Made by a program: the position numbers and the translations under genes. A DNA stretch of 32,000 bases, taken from Candidatus Saccharimonadota bacterium (GTDB lineage Bacteria; Patescibacteriota; Patescibacteriia; 2-12-FULL-60-25). The notes beneath the pieces were generated by a model that made no database searches, had not been told where the DNA came from, and saw nothing but the letters and a program-made list of their open reading frames with translations. Position 1 is the first letter of the stretch; each line of letters begins with the position of its first letter. This document shows, piece after piece, positions 14,722-22,307 of this stretch. The stretch lies in assembly GCA_022843095.1 (NCBI GenBank), contig JALHOH010000001.1:420001-452000 (forward strand), read 5' to 3'.

Positions 14722-15174
14722 TTAGGAGGTGTAGCCGCCCGTCGAACCCCATCCGCCCCGACTTTCGGTGTGCGCAGGACCTTCGTCCCACGTGGCGATT
14801 GTGATCGGCAAGAAGAGTCCTTGTGCCAGTCGTTCATCTTTTTCGATCGCCACGTCTTGAGTTCCGGGGTTCCAGAGAAAGATCAAAATTTCATCCGAGG
14901 GTCCGCAATAATCCTGATCCACAATACCGAGTTGGTTGCCTAGGCGTAGGCCTTTTTTGCGAAAAAGCGAGGATCGCGGAGCGATCGCGAGAACGTGTCC
15001 AGGAGGGGTTGCGATCACGAGTCCCGTTTTTACAAATGCATGTCCATGCGCCGGGATGACCGCGGCTTCTGCGGCGGCGAGGTCAAATCCAACCGATCCC
15101 GAGGTCGCGTACGTTGGAAGCGCGACATCCTCGCGCAGGCGCGTGATGCGAACGGGAGTCGTCTGCGTATGCAT
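14722..15174 (-). CDS. dut: dUTP diphosphatase (trimeric dUTPase)
   Basis: Motifs are GSVGFDLAAA, IAPRSSL, GIVDQDYCG and the C-terminal RGGWGSTGG. ATG 15174 lies 1 nt after the upstream stop. Confidence 0.85.
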   Translation of the reverse strand: MHTQTTPVRITRLREDVALPTYATSGSVGFDLAAAEAAVIPAHGHAFVKTGLVIATPPGHVLAIAPRSSLFRKKGLRLGNQLGIVDQDYCGPSDEILIFLWNPGTQDVAIEKDERLAQGLFLPITIATWDEGPAHTESRGGWGSTGGYTS

Positions 15175-15175
15175 A

Positions 15176-15739
15176 CTAGGCCTGTTGCGCACGCAAATGA
15201 TTCACGGCATCACGGACGCGAGCGGCAAACTCCTCGCGGGTTCCATCGTTTGGGATGGTGATGGTTGCGCGGGCCATGACATCCGGAATGGTTCGTTCGG
15301 TTTCTGCCTGTTCGGTCGCAAGAAATTGTTCCCACGTCATTTGGGATTCACCGGCTTTCTCGCCACGGCCCTTCATACGTTCAAAGCGCAGCGTTTGGTC
15401 GGCGGTCACGGCGATCAGCTGGAACTGTGGCAATGGTTCAAGGGCGATGATGTCCTGAGGACGACGAATGCCATCGATGATGATGATATCTTCGGTGCTT
15501 CCGACGGCGTCCTGGGCGATGGCGTAGGAGAGCACATCCTCACCAAACGCCTGCCGGAGTGCGGTGGAAAGCGCGATAAAATGGTCGCGCGATGATTCCA
15601 CGCCCAGTCGACGCAGGATATCGCTCAAGATCGCGCTAAAGCGAAAATAGCCAGCGCCGTATTCCTCCTTCAGAAGATCGGCGGCCGTTCCTTTTCCGCA
15701 CCCTTGAAGTCCCACGAGACCGATGATGAGTTTCGGCAT
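15176..15739 (-). CDS. P-loop nucleotide kinase, dNMP-kinase-like
   Basis: The Walker A is GLVGLQGCGKGTAADLL. IIIDGIRRPQD is a DxR-type motif as in dNMP/dephospho-CoA-kinase-like families. ATG 15739 is preferred over GTG 15745. Confidence 0.55.
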   Translation of the reverse strand: MPKLIIGLVGLQGCGKGTAADLLKEEYGAGYFRFSAILSDILRRLGVESSRDHFIALSTALRQAFGEDVLSYAIAQDAVGSTEDIIIIDGIRRPQDIIALEPLPQFQLIAVTADQTLRFERMKGRGEKAGESQMTWEQFLATEQAETERTIPDVMARATITIPNDGTREEFAARVRDAVNHLRAQQA

Positions 15740-15787
15740 ATGCACCGTACTGTGGAGGGCGGGGAGAGGGGAGTCAACGCGCGTCCG

Positions 15788-16888
15788 TCAACCCGCGCGA
15801 AACCACTTGGCAAGGCGTGGGCCCGTTTGGCCGGAATAGTTGGATTTGAGATCTGCTCCGTACAGTTTGTCCGGGATATCAAGCATCCGTTCGTACACCA
15901 TGAGACAGATCGGTTGACCATCACGGAGGACGAAATCATGGCCGTACGCCTCGACCTCTAGAACGGCGATTGTGCCGCGCGTTTCGTCGGCGTCCGTCCA
16001 TCCCCAGCCCGGATCAAAGAACCCCGCAAAATGGGAGCGGAATTCTCCTTTTGAGGAATCGTACGCGGCCATCTCGGTCGCAAAGGTGGGGGGCGTGATG
16101 ATGTGTTCTTTTGTGGAGAGAATATAAAACGCCTCCGGTCGGATCACGAGTTCCCCGTTTGCTGGACGCTCGACGGGTTCAAAGAATTCCCGCGGATCAT
16201 GCGTAAAGACGGCGGTGTCCAGAATATTCCACCCGTTTGGTTTTGCGCGCCAACCGATAATTTCTTCGCTTGTCAGATCAATGGTCATGGTGACGCCACG
16301 TCCACAGCGTTCTGCGTTTGCGGGAAGACGTGTGCCGTGCGCATCGCGAAGCAAACCATAGCGGTCGTAGGTCATCCGATGTTCCAAGATCGACAGCCGT
16401 GCATCTCCGTGGAAGAACCGGATTTGGTTGATGCGATCGCCCGGGTGGAGTCGAACCGGAAACGATTTTGGGATCACCTCAAGCCACAATCCGCCATGGA
16501 ATCCGGCGGGAACGTCATCAAACCGTGGAACGCCTTCTGCGATCAGGCGACCACGCAAATTGATGCGTCCGCTCGAGCTTTTGTTCGAGCAGGTCGCATG
16601 AATGCCGGGGGGAAGCGCAAGCGTTTCGGCAAGTCGGATGAGGTAGATCCCATTTTGTTCAAGCGGTCGATCGATGGGGTGCTTGAACAGCGCGCCACGC
16701 GCGAGAATCTCCGCCATGGGTTCACCGACGCGTGGGAGATATGATCCACGCAGACGATACACCTCGTCGGTCACCGTCAAATCCAACGAGGCGGGTTGGA
16801 TATGCGCCTCGGAACCTCCGCGAATGTACCCCGCCTGCATCATCTCGCGGATGAGCTGCATGGGGAGTGCGCCGTAGCGTTCAGCCAT
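15788..16888 (-). CDS. dcd: 2'-deoxycytidine 5'-triphosphate deaminase, long (~365 aa, duplicated-domain) form
   Basis: QPASLDLTVTDEVYRL and GWRAKPN..ILD, with a dUTPase-like fold pattern appearing twice. The length matches the long Dcd family. Confidence 0.7.
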   Translation of the reverse strand: MAERYGALPMQLIREMMQAGYIRGGSEAHIQPASLDLTVTDEVYRLRGSYLPRVGEPMAEILARGALFKHPIDRPLEQNGIYLIRLAETLALPPGIHATCSNKSSSGRINLRGRLIAEGVPRFDDVPAGFHGGLWLEVIPKSFPVRLHPGDRINQIRFFHGDARLSILEHRMTYDRYGLLRDAHGTRLPANAERCGRGVTMTIDLTSEEIIGWRAKPNGWNILDTAVFTHDPREFFEPVERPANGELVIRPEAFYILSTKEHIITPPTFATEMAAYDSSKGEFRSHFAGFFDPGWGWTDADETRGTIAVLEVEAYGHDFVLRDGQPICLMVYERMLDIPDKLYGADLKSNYSGQTGPRLAKWFRAG

Positions 16889-16899
16889 AGTCGGCCGAG

Positions 16900-16928
16900 A
16901 CCTTAGCGCATGGGAGGGAGATTGTGAA
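16900..16928 (-). promoter_or_regulatory. Candidate promoter of the dcd...gatB array
   Basis: On the reverse strand: TTCACA, 17-nt spacer, TAAGGT; 11 nt to ATG 16888. It sits immediately after the rplA terminator. Confidence 0.4.
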
Positions 16929-16933
16929 AGGAA

Positions 16934-16964
16934 GAAAAAAACACCCCGTTCGGGGTGTTTTTTT
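16934..16964. terminator. Rho-independent terminator after rplA (symmetric A/T runs)
   Basis: AAAAAAACACCCC-GTTC-GGGGTGTTTTTTT. Confidence 0.85.
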
Positions 16965-16969
16965 GGTGC

Positions 16970-17662
16970 TTAGGCGAACTTCGCCGGATCGATGTTCACG
17001 CCAGGACCCATGGTTGGGGCGAGCGTGACCGAGGCGATGTAGACACCCTTCGCGCTGGCAGGCTTTGCCTTTTTCACGACTTCCATGAAGGCGTTCAGGT
17101 TTTCGAGAAGCGCTTTCGCGTCCATCGAGACCCGTCCGAGTACGAGGTGAAGGTTGGCGGTGTCGTCGTTCTTGAACGCGACCTTCCCGCGCTTGATGTC
17201 CTCGACCATTTTTTTGACGTTCGGGCTCACCGTGTCCGTCTTCGGGTTCGGCATGAGACCGGCCGGACCAAGAAGTTTCGCGATCTTGGAGAGCTTGACC
17301 ATCATGTCCGGAGTTGCGACGGCGACGTCAAAGTCCATCTTGCCGGACTTGCCCACCTCGTCGATCAATTCTTCCGAACCAACGATGTCAGCGCCCGCCT
17401 CCTTTGCATCCTTCGCCTTTTCGGCGCTCACGAACGCGATCACCTTTTTCGTCTTCCCGGTTGCATGCGGCATCACGATCGTCCCGCGAACCTGCTGGTC
17501 ACCCTTTTTAGGGTCGATCCCAAGGTTCACGTGCACTTCCACGGATCCATCGAATTTGGAGGTGGAGAGTTTCTTCACAAGCTCCGTCGCCTGTTCTGGC
17601 GAGTAGAGGGTTTTGGCGTCGACCAATTTCTTGGCCTCGTTGTAGCGCTTGCCATGCGCCAT
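16970..17662 (-). CDS. rplA: 50S ribosomal protein L1
   Basis: MAHGKRYNEAKKLVD...SKFDGSVEVHVNLGIDPKKGDQQVRGTIVMPHATGK. Confidence 0.95.
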   Translation of the reverse strand: MAHGKRYNEAKKLVDAKTLYSPEQATELVKKLSTSKFDGSVEVHVNLGIDPKKGDQQVRGTIVMPHATGKTKKVIAFVSAEKAKDAKEAGADIVGSEELIDEVGKSGKMDFDVAVATPDMMVKLSKIAKLLGPAGLMPNPKTDTVSPNVKKMVEDIKRGKVAFKNDDTANLHLVLGRVSMDAKALLENLNAFMEVVKKAKPASAKGVYIASVTLAPTMGPGVNIDPAKFA

Positions 17663-17668
17663 AGCTGT

Positions 17669-17700
17669 GGTGCGAGCGCCCGTTGTTTACGGGCTCCCAC
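17669..17700 (-). promoter_or_regulatory. Candidate L1 autoregulatory leader element (23S rRNA L1-stalk mimic)
   Basis: The mRNA sense reads GUGGGAGCCCG-UAAACAA-CGGGCGCUCGCACC, ending 6 nt before the rplA ATG. GUGGGAGCC...GGCGC resembles, from memory, the GGUGGGAGCC...GGCGCC segment of the 23S H76-78 L1-binding site. Confidence 0.4.
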
Positions 17701-17720
17701 GGTTACAAGTAAGTGGCCAA

Positions 17721-17749
17721 AGGATAGGGGAAATGGCAAAAAACGTCAA
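17721..17749 (-). promoter_or_regulatory. Dedicated sigma70-type promoter for rplA
   Basis: On the reverse strand: TTGACG, 17-nt spacer, TATCCT. The -35 overlaps the stop codon of the upstream 203-aa gene. Confidence 0.55.
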
Positions 17750-18357
17750 TTCTGTTGCTCAAAGCCCGCAAGATCCGTGGAATCCATGCCAATGTCCCGA
17801 TCTTTTACGGAGAAGGGCGCTTCGTTGCGTGGTGGGGAGGGGTGTAGATAGGCGGGTACGGGAGGGGGATCATCCGGCGTTTCCCATCGAGGAACGCCTC
17901 CAGTTGCGACAAGGATCGTCAGGGTGCGAACGTCTTCTTCTAGGCCTGAGAGCAATTGTCGCGTTCCGATCTGCAGCGTTTCTTGGTTTTTGAACCCGCG
18001 CGACATTTCTTCTGCGGTACCTGCCTCATGCGGAGACGGGAGTGCGTGGAGTTCTTTTGCGTAAGTTTGATAGCGGACGAGGGTGTCATGGAACGCCGTC
18101 ATTCGGGATGAGGCGTGGTCCGCCTGTGGCGCGGGGAGTTGTTCTGCAAGCGCGTCAAATTGTTGTCGCAGGCGAATGGCTTCCGTGCTGGAAAACGGGA
18201 GAAGCGTTGCAAAGCGTTTGTTGCCTCGGATGATCTGAAGAAGCGCGCCGCGTGCTTCAGCGAGTTCAGGGGGAATATGCAAGGGTTTTGATTCTTCCTT
18301 CGCCGGTTTGGAGAGCGGCGCTTGCTCTTTTTGTGTGGGAAGTTCGGTATGTCGCAT
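17746..18357 (-). CDS. Hypothetical protein (203 aa) inserted between rplK and rplA
   Basis: A clean ORF with host-like codon usage. It looks helical with a Pro-rich C-terminus. No motif recognised. Confidence 0.6.
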   Translation of the reverse strand: MRHTELPTQKEQAPLSKPAKEESKPLHIPPELAEARGALLQIIRGNKRFATLLPFSSTEAIRLRQQFDALAEQLPAPQADHASSRMTAFHDTLVRYQTYAKELHALPSPHEAGTAEEMSRGFKNQETLQIGTRQLLSGLEEDVRTLTILVATGGVPRWETPDDPPPVPAYLHPSPPRNEAPFSVKDRDIGMDSTDLAGFEQQN

Positions 18358-18427
18358 AGTGCCATCAGTGTGACATGTTTCTACAAAACAAACACCACCC
18401 CGGATGGAGTGGCGTGTTGCGTGATGG

Positions 18428-18850
18428 TTAGATCACGTCGATGCCCATGTTGCGTGCCGTTCCTTCGATTTGGCGCATCGCCGCTTCGATGGTGGTGCAG
18501 TTCAGGTCTGGCATCTTCTTTTCCGCGATTTCACGGACCTGCGCCTTCGTCACCTTTCCGACTTTTTCCGTGAGCGGCTTGCCGGACCCCTTTTGGATCT
18601 TGGCAGCCTTCTTCAGGAATTCGGAGACCGGGGCGGTCTTCAGGATGAAAGTGTAGGAGCGGTCTTCGTACAACGTGATGATCGCTGGGACAACTTCGCC
18701 CAAACGATCCTGCGTTGCCGCGTTGATACGCTGGCAGAATTCCGCGATGTTGATGCCGTGCTGACCAAGGGCAGGACCAAGCGGCGGAGCCGGCGTGGCT
18801 TTACCACCCATGACCTGGACTTTGATGAGTGTCTTGACTTTCTTCGCCAT
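18428..18850 (-). CDS. rplK: 50S ribosomal protein L11
   Basis: [31 protein letters not shown]. Confidence 0.95.
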   Translation of the reverse strand: MAKKVKTLIKVQVMGGKATPAPPLGPALGQHGINIAEFCQRINAATQDRLGEVVPAIITLYEDRSYTFILKTAPVSEFLKKAAKIQKGSGKPLTEKVGKVTKAQVREIAEKKMPDLNCTTIEAAMRQIEGTARNMGIDVI

Positions 18851-18907
18851 ACTACATGAAGAACAAGAGATGAGCGCGAGGAGTTTTCCTCACGAGAAGC
18901 GCGTCGT

Positions 18908-19456
18908 TTATACCTTCTTTAACTGGGTAAAGTCAAGTTCAAGCGGGGTTTCGCGGCCAAACATGCTGACCAAAACCTTGGCTTTTCCGCGCGCTCCGTC
19001 GATTTCGCTGACTTTGCCTTCAAATCCCTTGAACGGCCCTTCGTTGATCTTAACCGCCATCCCTAGCTGAAGATCAATTTGAACCGCCGGTTCTTCCATG
19101 GTCCCCATGCGCTTCAGAATCGCCTCAACTTCTGTTTCTGCAAGCGGGCTTGGTGTTGTTCCGGATCCGATGAATCCGGTCACGTTCGGTGTGTTGCGTA
19201 CCACATACCAAGAATCATCCGTGACGACCATATCTACCAAGACGTAGCCCGGAAAAATCTTTTCCTCGACTACGCGGCGTTTGCCGTTTTTGATCTTGAT
19301 CTTCTTTTCCTTCGGGACAAGAACTTGGAAGATTTTGTCCGACATGTTGAGCGAGGCGATGCGGTGCTGCAGGTTTTCCGCCACGTTTTCTTCGTAGCCG
19401 GAATAGGTATGGATGGCGTACCAGCGCCGTCCGTACTCTGCGGTTTGCTTAGGCAT
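18908..19456 (-). CDS. nusG: Transcription termination/antitermination factor NusG
   Basis: The NGN domain is WYAIHTYSGYEENV...FPGYVLV. The KOW domain is V.INEGPFKGFEGKVSEID...KAKVLVSMFGRETPLELDF. Confidence 0.93.
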   Translation of the reverse strand: MPKQTAEYGRRWYAIHTYSGYEENVAENLQHRIASLNMSDKIFQVLVPKEKKIKIKNGKRRVVEEKIFPGYVLVDMVVTDDSWYVVRNTPNVTGFIGSGTTPSPLAETEVEAILKRMGTMEEPAVQIDLQLGMAVKINEGPFKGFEGKVSEIDGARGKAKVLVSMFGRETPLELDFTQLKKV

Positions 19457-19480
19457 ACGTAAGGGGTAAAAAGAACGGGA

Positions 19481-19828
19481 TTAGTTGGATGGCGTTGGGG
19501 TCGGATTCACGGGCTGCGGCACAACCTTCAAGTCTGCCGGATTGCCGTTTGCGTCCACGCCTTCAATTTGAAGACTGTCGGTTGGGATGGTGACGGGTGA
19601 AGAAGAGATAGGGGCATCCGTTTGAACCCCTTCACGGTTCGCAACGATTTTGGACACCAGGGTATAAAGCCCAGCATCTAACGCGCCAAAAAAAGCGGCT
19701 GCGAGTACGCTCGCGACCACAACGATCGTGCTGTAGCGAATGATTTCTTGCTTGGTCGGCCAAGAAACCTTTTCCAATTCCTCTTTCGAGGAGCGGAAGT
19801 AGGCGATAACGGGGGAGAGATAACGCAT
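19481..19828 (-). CDS. secE: Preprotein translocase subunit SecE with a ~50-aa C-terminal extension
   Basis: FRSSKEELEKVSWPTKQEIIRYSTIVVVASVLAAAFFGALD is the canonical SecE core. ATG 19828 (MRYLSP). The tail is Pro/Thr/Asn-rich. Confidence 0.85.
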   Translation of the reverse strand: MRYLSPVIAYFRSSKEELEKVSWPTKQEIIRYSTIVVVASVLAAAFFGALDAGLYTLVSKIVANREGVQTDAPISSSPVTIPTDSLQIEGVDANGNPADLKVVPQPVNPTPTPSN

Positions 19829-19873
19829 ACGAAATGGTATTTTAAAACCCCTGTTCCGGGGCTCTTGCAAAGA

Positions 19874-19902
19874 AGAATAGCAGAGTTTTCCCCAAACGGC
19901 AA
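19874..19902 (-). promoter_or_regulatory. Candidate promoter of secE-nusG-rplK
   Basis: On the reverse strand: TTGCCG, 17-nt spacer, TATTCT. Confidence 0.45.
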
Positions 19903-20045
19903 GCACTTGTTTCCATTTGTGCTTCGACGTATGCTGCGCGTGCTGTTCGTTCGTCGGGCAATATGAGCCTCAGGCTTCGCCTTCGCTCATAAAGCCCTTC
20001 CTCGCTCGGAATCGTACAAACGTTGTTTGTCCGTTCCTCGCTCGT

Positions 20046-20122
20046 CGGGCTATAGCGCAGTTGGCTAGCGCGCTTGCATGGGGTGCAAGAGGTCGCGGGT
20101 TCAAGTCCCGCTAGCCCGACCA
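20046..20122 (+). tRNA. tRNA-Pro (anticodon GGG), CCA encoded
   Basis: The cloverleaf was folded by hand. The acceptor stem is CGGGCTA/TAGCCCG, the D-stem GCGC/GCGC, and the anticodon stem CTTGC/GCAAG with loop ATGGGGT (G37). The T-arm is GCGGG-TTCAAGT-CCCGC, with discriminator A and CCA. Confidence 0.9.
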
Positions 20123-20124
20123 GG

Positions 20125-20156
20125 AAAAACACGTCATCGAAACTGACGTGTTTTTG
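20125..20156 (+). terminator. Rho-independent terminator after tRNA-Pro
   Basis: ACACGTCA-TCGAAAC-TGACGTGT followed by TTTTTG. Confidence 0.8.
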
Positions 20157-20199
20157 TTTCCCCGCACCGGGAGGACTTGACGCAATCCCCAGCATTTCC

Positions 20200-20228
20200 T
20201 TGTGTTTTGCTCACGCAGGTCGTATATT
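20200..20228 (+). promoter_or_regulatory. Candidate promoter of the HU gene
   Basis: TTGTGT, 17-nt spacer, TATATT. Confidence 0.45.
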
Positions 20229-20286
20229 CTGTGCGCAAACCCAATTTTTTACTCTTATACACATCGGGTTTTTGCCTCATCGCACT

Positions 20287-20568
20287 ATGGCCAAGATGAC
20301 CAAGTCGCAGCTCATGCAAGAGCTTGCCGCGAAGACGGACATGACGAAGAAGCAGGTCGCGCAACTCATGGAAACGCTCGCCAACATGGCGTACGCGCAC
20401 GTGAAGAAGGACGGGGAATTCGTCCTCCCGGGCTTTGGAAAGCTTGTGAAGGTTCGCCGTGAAGCGCGCCAGGGCCGCAACCCAGCGACGGGCGAAACGA
20501 TCCAGATCGCCGCGAAGACGGTGGTGAAGTTCCGCGTGGCGAAGGCTGCGAAGGACGCGGTGCTGTAA
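20287..20568 (+). CDS. hup: HU/IHF-family DNA-binding protein
   Basis: MTKSQLMQELAAKTDMTKKQV...LPGFGKLVKVRREARQGRNPATGETIQIAAKTVVKFRVAKAAKDAV. ATG 20287. Confidence 0.92.
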   Translation: MAKMTKSQLMQELAAKTDMTKKQVAQLMETLANMAYAHVKKDGEFVLPGFGKLVKVRREARQGRNPATGETIQIAAKTVVKFRVAKAAKDAVL

Positions 20569-20590
20569 GCGATTTTGCACACAGTGCTCA

Positions 20591-20622
20591 GAAACGATCC
20601 GCGAGAGCGGGTCGTTTCTTTT
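20591..20622 (+). terminator. Rho-independent terminator after the HU gene
   Basis: GAAACGATCCGC-GAGA-GCGGGTCGTTTC followed by TTTT. Confidence 0.8.
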
Positions 20623-20637
20623 GTTGAGGATGCTTCA

Positions 20638-20646
20638 TGGTATGAT
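20638..20646 (+). promoter_or_regulatory. Extended -10 promoter (TGGTATGAT) for the LOG-family gene
   Basis: TGG TATGAT lies 15 nt upstream of ATG 20662 and directly after a terminator. Confidence 0.45.
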
Positions 20647-20661
20647 GGTGCATGAATCGCT

Positions 20662-21504
20662 ATGCCAACCAAGAAACGAAAGGGAGGACCCACCTCTGCT
20701 GAGCTTCGGGCCCATGCCAAAAAAAATCACGCGCATAACCAAGAACCCTCATGGACCGGTCTTGGTTCAAAAGCGCTTTCTGAGTCATCGTCTTCCGATC
20801 GACTGACTTATTGGTTGTGCAATATTGACAATAAATGCGTCCCACAGTCCGCGCCGGATCAAACGGATTTTACCCAGAACATCAACTGGCGCATTTTCCG
20901 CATCATGGCGGAGTTTATCGAAGGGTTTGAGTTTTTGGCGAAACTCAAAAAAGAGGTGACGATTTTTGGAAGCGCGCGTACGTCATCCGGCCACCCTGCT
21001 TACAAAGTCGCGAAGCAACTTGGGGAATTACTTGCGCGGAATGGGTACACGGTGATCACCGGAGGCGGTCCGGGAATCATGGAAGCCGCAAACTGGGGCG
21101 CTTTTGAAGGCGGGGGAGAATCCGTGGGGCTTGATATCAGTTTGCCCATGGAGCAGCGGCGCAACCAATACGTCAAAAAATCCATGGGATTTCGGTACTT
21201 TTTTACGCGCAAAGTGATGTTGTCGGCCTCTGCGCAAGCCTACGTCTTTTTTCCCGGCGGATACGGCACACTCGATGAACTATTTGAGATGCTGGTTTTG
21301 ATTCAAACGGGAAAAATGTCTGATCAGGTCCCCGTGATTTTGGTGGGACGTCGTTTTTGGAAGCCGCTGGTTCAATGGATGACCGAGGCGATGTACGAAG
21401 AATCGCGGTACGTCGAAAAACCGGATCTGGAAATGATTAATATCGTCGAGACCGCAGAAGAGGCCTACGCGATTATCAAAAAAACGCGAGAACGAGTGTT
21501 GTAG
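20662..21504 (+). CDS. LOG-family (TIGR00730-like) Rossmann-fold nucleotide-binding protein
   Basis: Motifs are VTIFGSAR, VITGGGPGIMEAAN, RYFFTRK and the PGGYGTLDELFE signature. Confidence 0.85.
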   Translation: MPTKKRKGGPTSAELRAHAKKNHAHNQEPSWTGLGSKALSESSSSDRLTYWLCNIDNKCVPQSAPDQTDFTQNINWRIFRIMAEFIEGFEFLAKLKKEVTIFGSARTSSGHPAYKVAKQLGELLARNGYTVITGGGPGIMEAANWGAFEGGGESVGLDISLPMEQRRNQYVKKSMGFRYFFTRKVMLSASAQAYVFFPGGYGTLDELFEMLVLIQTGKMSDQVPVILVGRRFWKPLVQWMTEAMYEESRYVEKPDLEMINIVETAEEAYAIIKKTRERVL

Positions 21505-21551
21505 GTTTTTACGTTCAGGGAGGATCCATGTAGGATGCGGCTGGAGGAAAA

Positions 21552-22244
21552 ATGAATCGCACATTCTGGAACGTCTACGCACACGTGTACGATCAAATGG
21601 CAACGTCCATTCCGTACCAAGAAGTGCAGCAACTGGCTGAGAAGTGCCTCGAGGTGCGCTCTGGAGAGCGTGTACTTGATGTCGGATGTGGGACGGGGCA
21701 GTTTCTGCGCCGTCTGGCGGACCGTGCCTCTGGTGCACAATTGCATGGCATGGACGCTGCATCCGGGATGCTGCGGATCGCGCGGAAGCGCGTGGCGAGG
21801 AGTGCGATGCTGTGCGAGGCGGATCTCGAAGCCGGTCTCCCGTACGAGGCGTCCTCCATGGATGCGATCGCCTGTATGCAGGTGCTCTATACTGCGCGCG
21901 ACCCCGACCAGCTCCTTCGCGAACTTCGCCGCGTCCTGCGCCCAATGGGGCGACTGGTTCTCGTCAATCCGCATACGCCGAATCCCGAAGCGGTGCCGGA
22001 TGAGCATTTCCGGCGTGCACGGGAACGCGGGTATAGGATGGACGACGCTCGACTCGCGATTGCCTTCAGGGTTATCGTCGCGATGAATCGACTGATTGTT
22101 CGTGAAGTGCGTAACAAGCGCTATCACTTCTGGTCTGTCGAAGAGCTGTCTGAACGGATGGTGTCGGCGGGGTTCGCTGTTCGACGTGTAGAACCTTCGG
22201 TATACGGAGGGACGTCTGCACTCATCCTGGCGACGCCGATGTAA
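21552..22244 (+). CDS. Class I SAM-dependent methyltransferase
   Basis: Motif I is VLDVGCGTGQFL, post-I is HGMDAS, and the LRPMGRLVLVNP region follows. GGAGG lies 4 nt before the ATG. Confidence 0.85.
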   Translation: MNRTFWNVYAHVYDQMATSIPYQEVQQLAEKCLEVRSGERVLDVGCGTGQFLRRLADRASGAQLHGMDAASGMLRIARKRVARSAMLCEADLEAGLPYEASSMDAIACMQVLYTARDPDQLLRELRRVLRPMGRLVLVNPHTPNPEAVPDEHFRRARERGYRMDDARLAIAFRVIVAMNRLIVREVRNKRYHFWSVEELSERMVSAGFAVRRVEPSVYGGTSALILATPM

Positions 22245-22307
22245 GTGGGGTATACTTCGCCGCGTTTCCCGTCTTTGTGGGAAACGGTCTGAAAGCGAGG
22301 AGAGACC

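Noticed and set aside
13839-16888. The possibility that the dcd/dut/ThyA-like/dNMP-kinase cluster is a phage-style hypermodified-base pathway (a ThyA homologue acting as a dUMP hydroxymethylase).
   Set aside because: A bona fide DHFR gene is fused into the array directly after thyA. DHFR is needed only when the enzyme is a true thymidylate synthase producing dihydrofolate. No glycosyl- or aminotransferase or other modification genes are present.
16955-17851. A 298-aa plus-strand ORF.
   Set aside because: It is antisense to rplA and its leader. The composition is Arg/His-rich and no motif is present.
19842-20195. A 117-aa minus-strand ORF.
   Set aside because: It overlaps the tRNA-Pro gene and its terminator on the opposite strand, and no coding features are present.
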